The notes beneath the pieces are model-generated. The model was not told where the DNA came from. It saw nothing but the letters and a program-made list of their open reading frames with translations, and searched no databases. DNA of 64,000 nt from NCBI GenBank assembly GCA_030704615.1, contig CM060734.1:36022001-36086000 (forward strand). The letters run 5' to 3'. Positions within the stretch are counted from its first letter, which is position 1. Each line of letters starts with the position of its first letter. This document shows positions 61,592 to 64,000 of this stretch, piece after piece. The DNA is from Takakia lepidozioides (taxonomy: Eukaryota; Plantae; Bryophyta). The position numbers and the translations under genes were made by a program.

Positions 61592-64000
61592 GAAAACTTC
61601 ATTTCATCCAAGTTTCTTGTCTGTATTGTACGTCAGAAAGTGGAAGATAGGGAAATCTCGAAGAGCAATCTTCCCTTTAAGCAGATTATGAGTAGATACT
61701 GCCTAAACAGCAACAACTGTAGGTGAAAGTAGCTGCCCTCAGTTGACACTCTCACTTTTAGGATTCCATTTGAGGTTGTGTGTGTGCCTCAAAGTGATAA
61801 TCCGCATGGGGCATTGTATGTGGGAGTATATATATATCTCTCTCCCTCTCTGGGGCCATAGGTCCTCACTGGGGACAAAAGATAAGATCATACCCTAGAT
61901 CTACCAGAGGTGTAGCACCCCTACTTTCAAAGACAAAGTGGAATGGTCCAAAGTCCTTGGTTGGCTTGAAACCTTGTCCACAAGAATGGACCTTTCTGTC
62001 TTCGCTGTCCCACCATTGATCCTAATTTTGTCATTTGTGCCAAGTAGCAGGTATTGAGCATTCATCTCAATGGGTCTTGATCTTTCGATTTTTTAAATTT
62101 CATTATCTCACTGAGTTGGAAAGTTGGTTGCCACCATTGCAATTGCTATACTGAAGAATATGGTTGCACCATTGACTGTCGAGGCTGAAGAAAGGAGATG
62201 TGTGCCATATTGCTGTCATAAACCTGTCATTGATCAAGAAGAGTTCAGTAACTATGCTTATCCAGGAGAGGCTTATATGGTTGAGGACAAAATCCTTTTT
62301 TCTCAGAGAAATTCTTTTGCAAATTCATGAGGTTTTTCTGATTGCAAGATTTCCCGGAGTTTGGTGTGCATTGGCAATTTATGTGTGCAGGATTTCCTTT
62401 GTCACATCCAAAGCAGGCAGGTCTAGAGTGAGCACAAAGTCACGCCGGAAGATAAACTTGAGGATGGGGACTGGATCTAATGTCTCCAGATGTAGATGTA
62501 GATGTAGACCGACTTCTCGTCTCATCTTGAACTCCCACCAATTAGTCTTGTCTGGAGAACAGAGTGTCTTGCAAACACTTTATTGGCCAATTTACTGTTT
62601 ACTATGTAAAAGATATGATCATACAACTCCTGACCGAAACTGCTGTCAAGGTAGCTGCTTGTCATGACAGTGCTGCCTTTGAACAGGGTCCTTGTTGCTG
62701 CCCACTGATCACTGTGATCTCATCCTCAGATTTCTTGCAAGCTACCAACCAAAAGCTGAGGTGCCATGGAATGCCCAGTCAGAGTTTAGGTTCCATGTTG
62801 CTCTGCAAATTCTCACACTGATATGGCTGAAGGGCATGTCTGGATTCCTAGGAATTATACTGTATTGACCGGGGCATGATACAAACCTGAAAGATGTCAG
62901 GGCAACCCATGGAACTAAACTCACAGCTAAGATGCCCTTTTCATGCTAGGGACAAGTGCAATGAAGTGCAAGAGCAAGACGAGGCACGCCAGGGCCGAGT
63001 GCAACATCAGGCAACATCAGGACACCACACAAATTTAGAGAAGCGACAAACGGAGAAGATGTAAGTGCATCGTGGAGAGCAAACAAAAACCAAAAGCAGA
63101 GCACAAAGAACAGAAGTTTGCCCAGAAAACCTACCCGTTGGCTGTGATTGTGCCCTTGGGATAGGTTCCATCGGCACAGCAGACTCTTCGGAACTTCCTG
63201 TCTAACAAAATTTGCAATCAAGTGCTACACTACGAGCTCAGCATCTCGTACGAGGTGAGGCAGGGAGAGACGTTTAGTTTCCAGCGGTTAGCAGGGCTTT
63301 ACAGAATGCGATGGACTATTTCGCTTGCTGTTTTCAAGTCTGGAAAGGGGCACATACGCTGTGCTTGTTGCAAAGAACACTCTTAAGGAATTTGATGTAA
63401 TCATACCCCCTAGTGATGTACTGCAGATGACAGTGTCCTCCAACCATCATGTGAACTATGCCAGTTTGTTGGCATTTTGCAATGCAGAGATCAACCGGTT
63501 GTCCTTTGTTGTTCCCACGAACAAATTTGATGAGATTGGATTCCAGCCGGAAGTCTGGCGGAAGCAAGCCCCTTACTAACAAGTTGGAGGAAAGATATGC
63601 TAGCAAGCTTTCGGCAGGCATGTATGGCTAGAATCGCATCTCATCAAATTTGTTCGGTTTGATACTACTCGTCGATACTACTATCCATTGCTCGAGCAAT
63701 GGGCTTTGGAGGTTGCGATCAATAGCATGACGAAGAGTAGGGGTGAGGGCAGCGAAATATTGCCAATTCTGAATCTATCAATCTGATCCGATATGAGGTA
63801 TCACAATAAGGTATCTCACCCCAAGATCTATTCATGCAATCTTAATGCAGTGGCAGTGAGCCTGCATAGACCGAAATGACCTTGTCTGCAATTTGTAACG
63901 TGATGCTAACCATGGTCTATGAACAGAGCCTCGGAAGAAGAAAAGATTCAGAGTGATGCACGAAGTGGGAAGGTGGAGCACTCAAAGCTACGACAGAATT

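Overview
Plant nuclear DNA, most likely from a non-seed plant such as a bryophyte (inferred from the PPR and TE families; not provable here). Intact genes: a single-exon PLS-DYW PPR editing factor (22791-25304, -), two ATJ8-like chloroplast DnaJ paralogs (one intronless at 27307-27816, one with 3 exons at 59955-61591) and a 6-exon adenine phosphoribosyltransferase (48607-52661, -). The rest is mostly TE-derived: two inverted, decayed PLS-PPR copies that end at the same Helitron-like CTAG terminus, a full-length decayed Copia, a CACTA derivative, hAT MITEs and a tRNA-derived SINE family with a covarying 3' RNA structure. The standout is a nested pair of Ty3/Gypsy-type retroelements (32433-42245 and 34918-37840). 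The outer element carries the C-terminal half of a C5 cytosine methyltransferase between protease and RT. Both carry a PHD finger after the DDE integrase, have 4-bp TSDs, and are bounded by split direct repeats (A...B-GC-A-B) with a palindromic GACAGCTGTC junction instead of ordinary LTRs. All calls were made by eye, without database searches.
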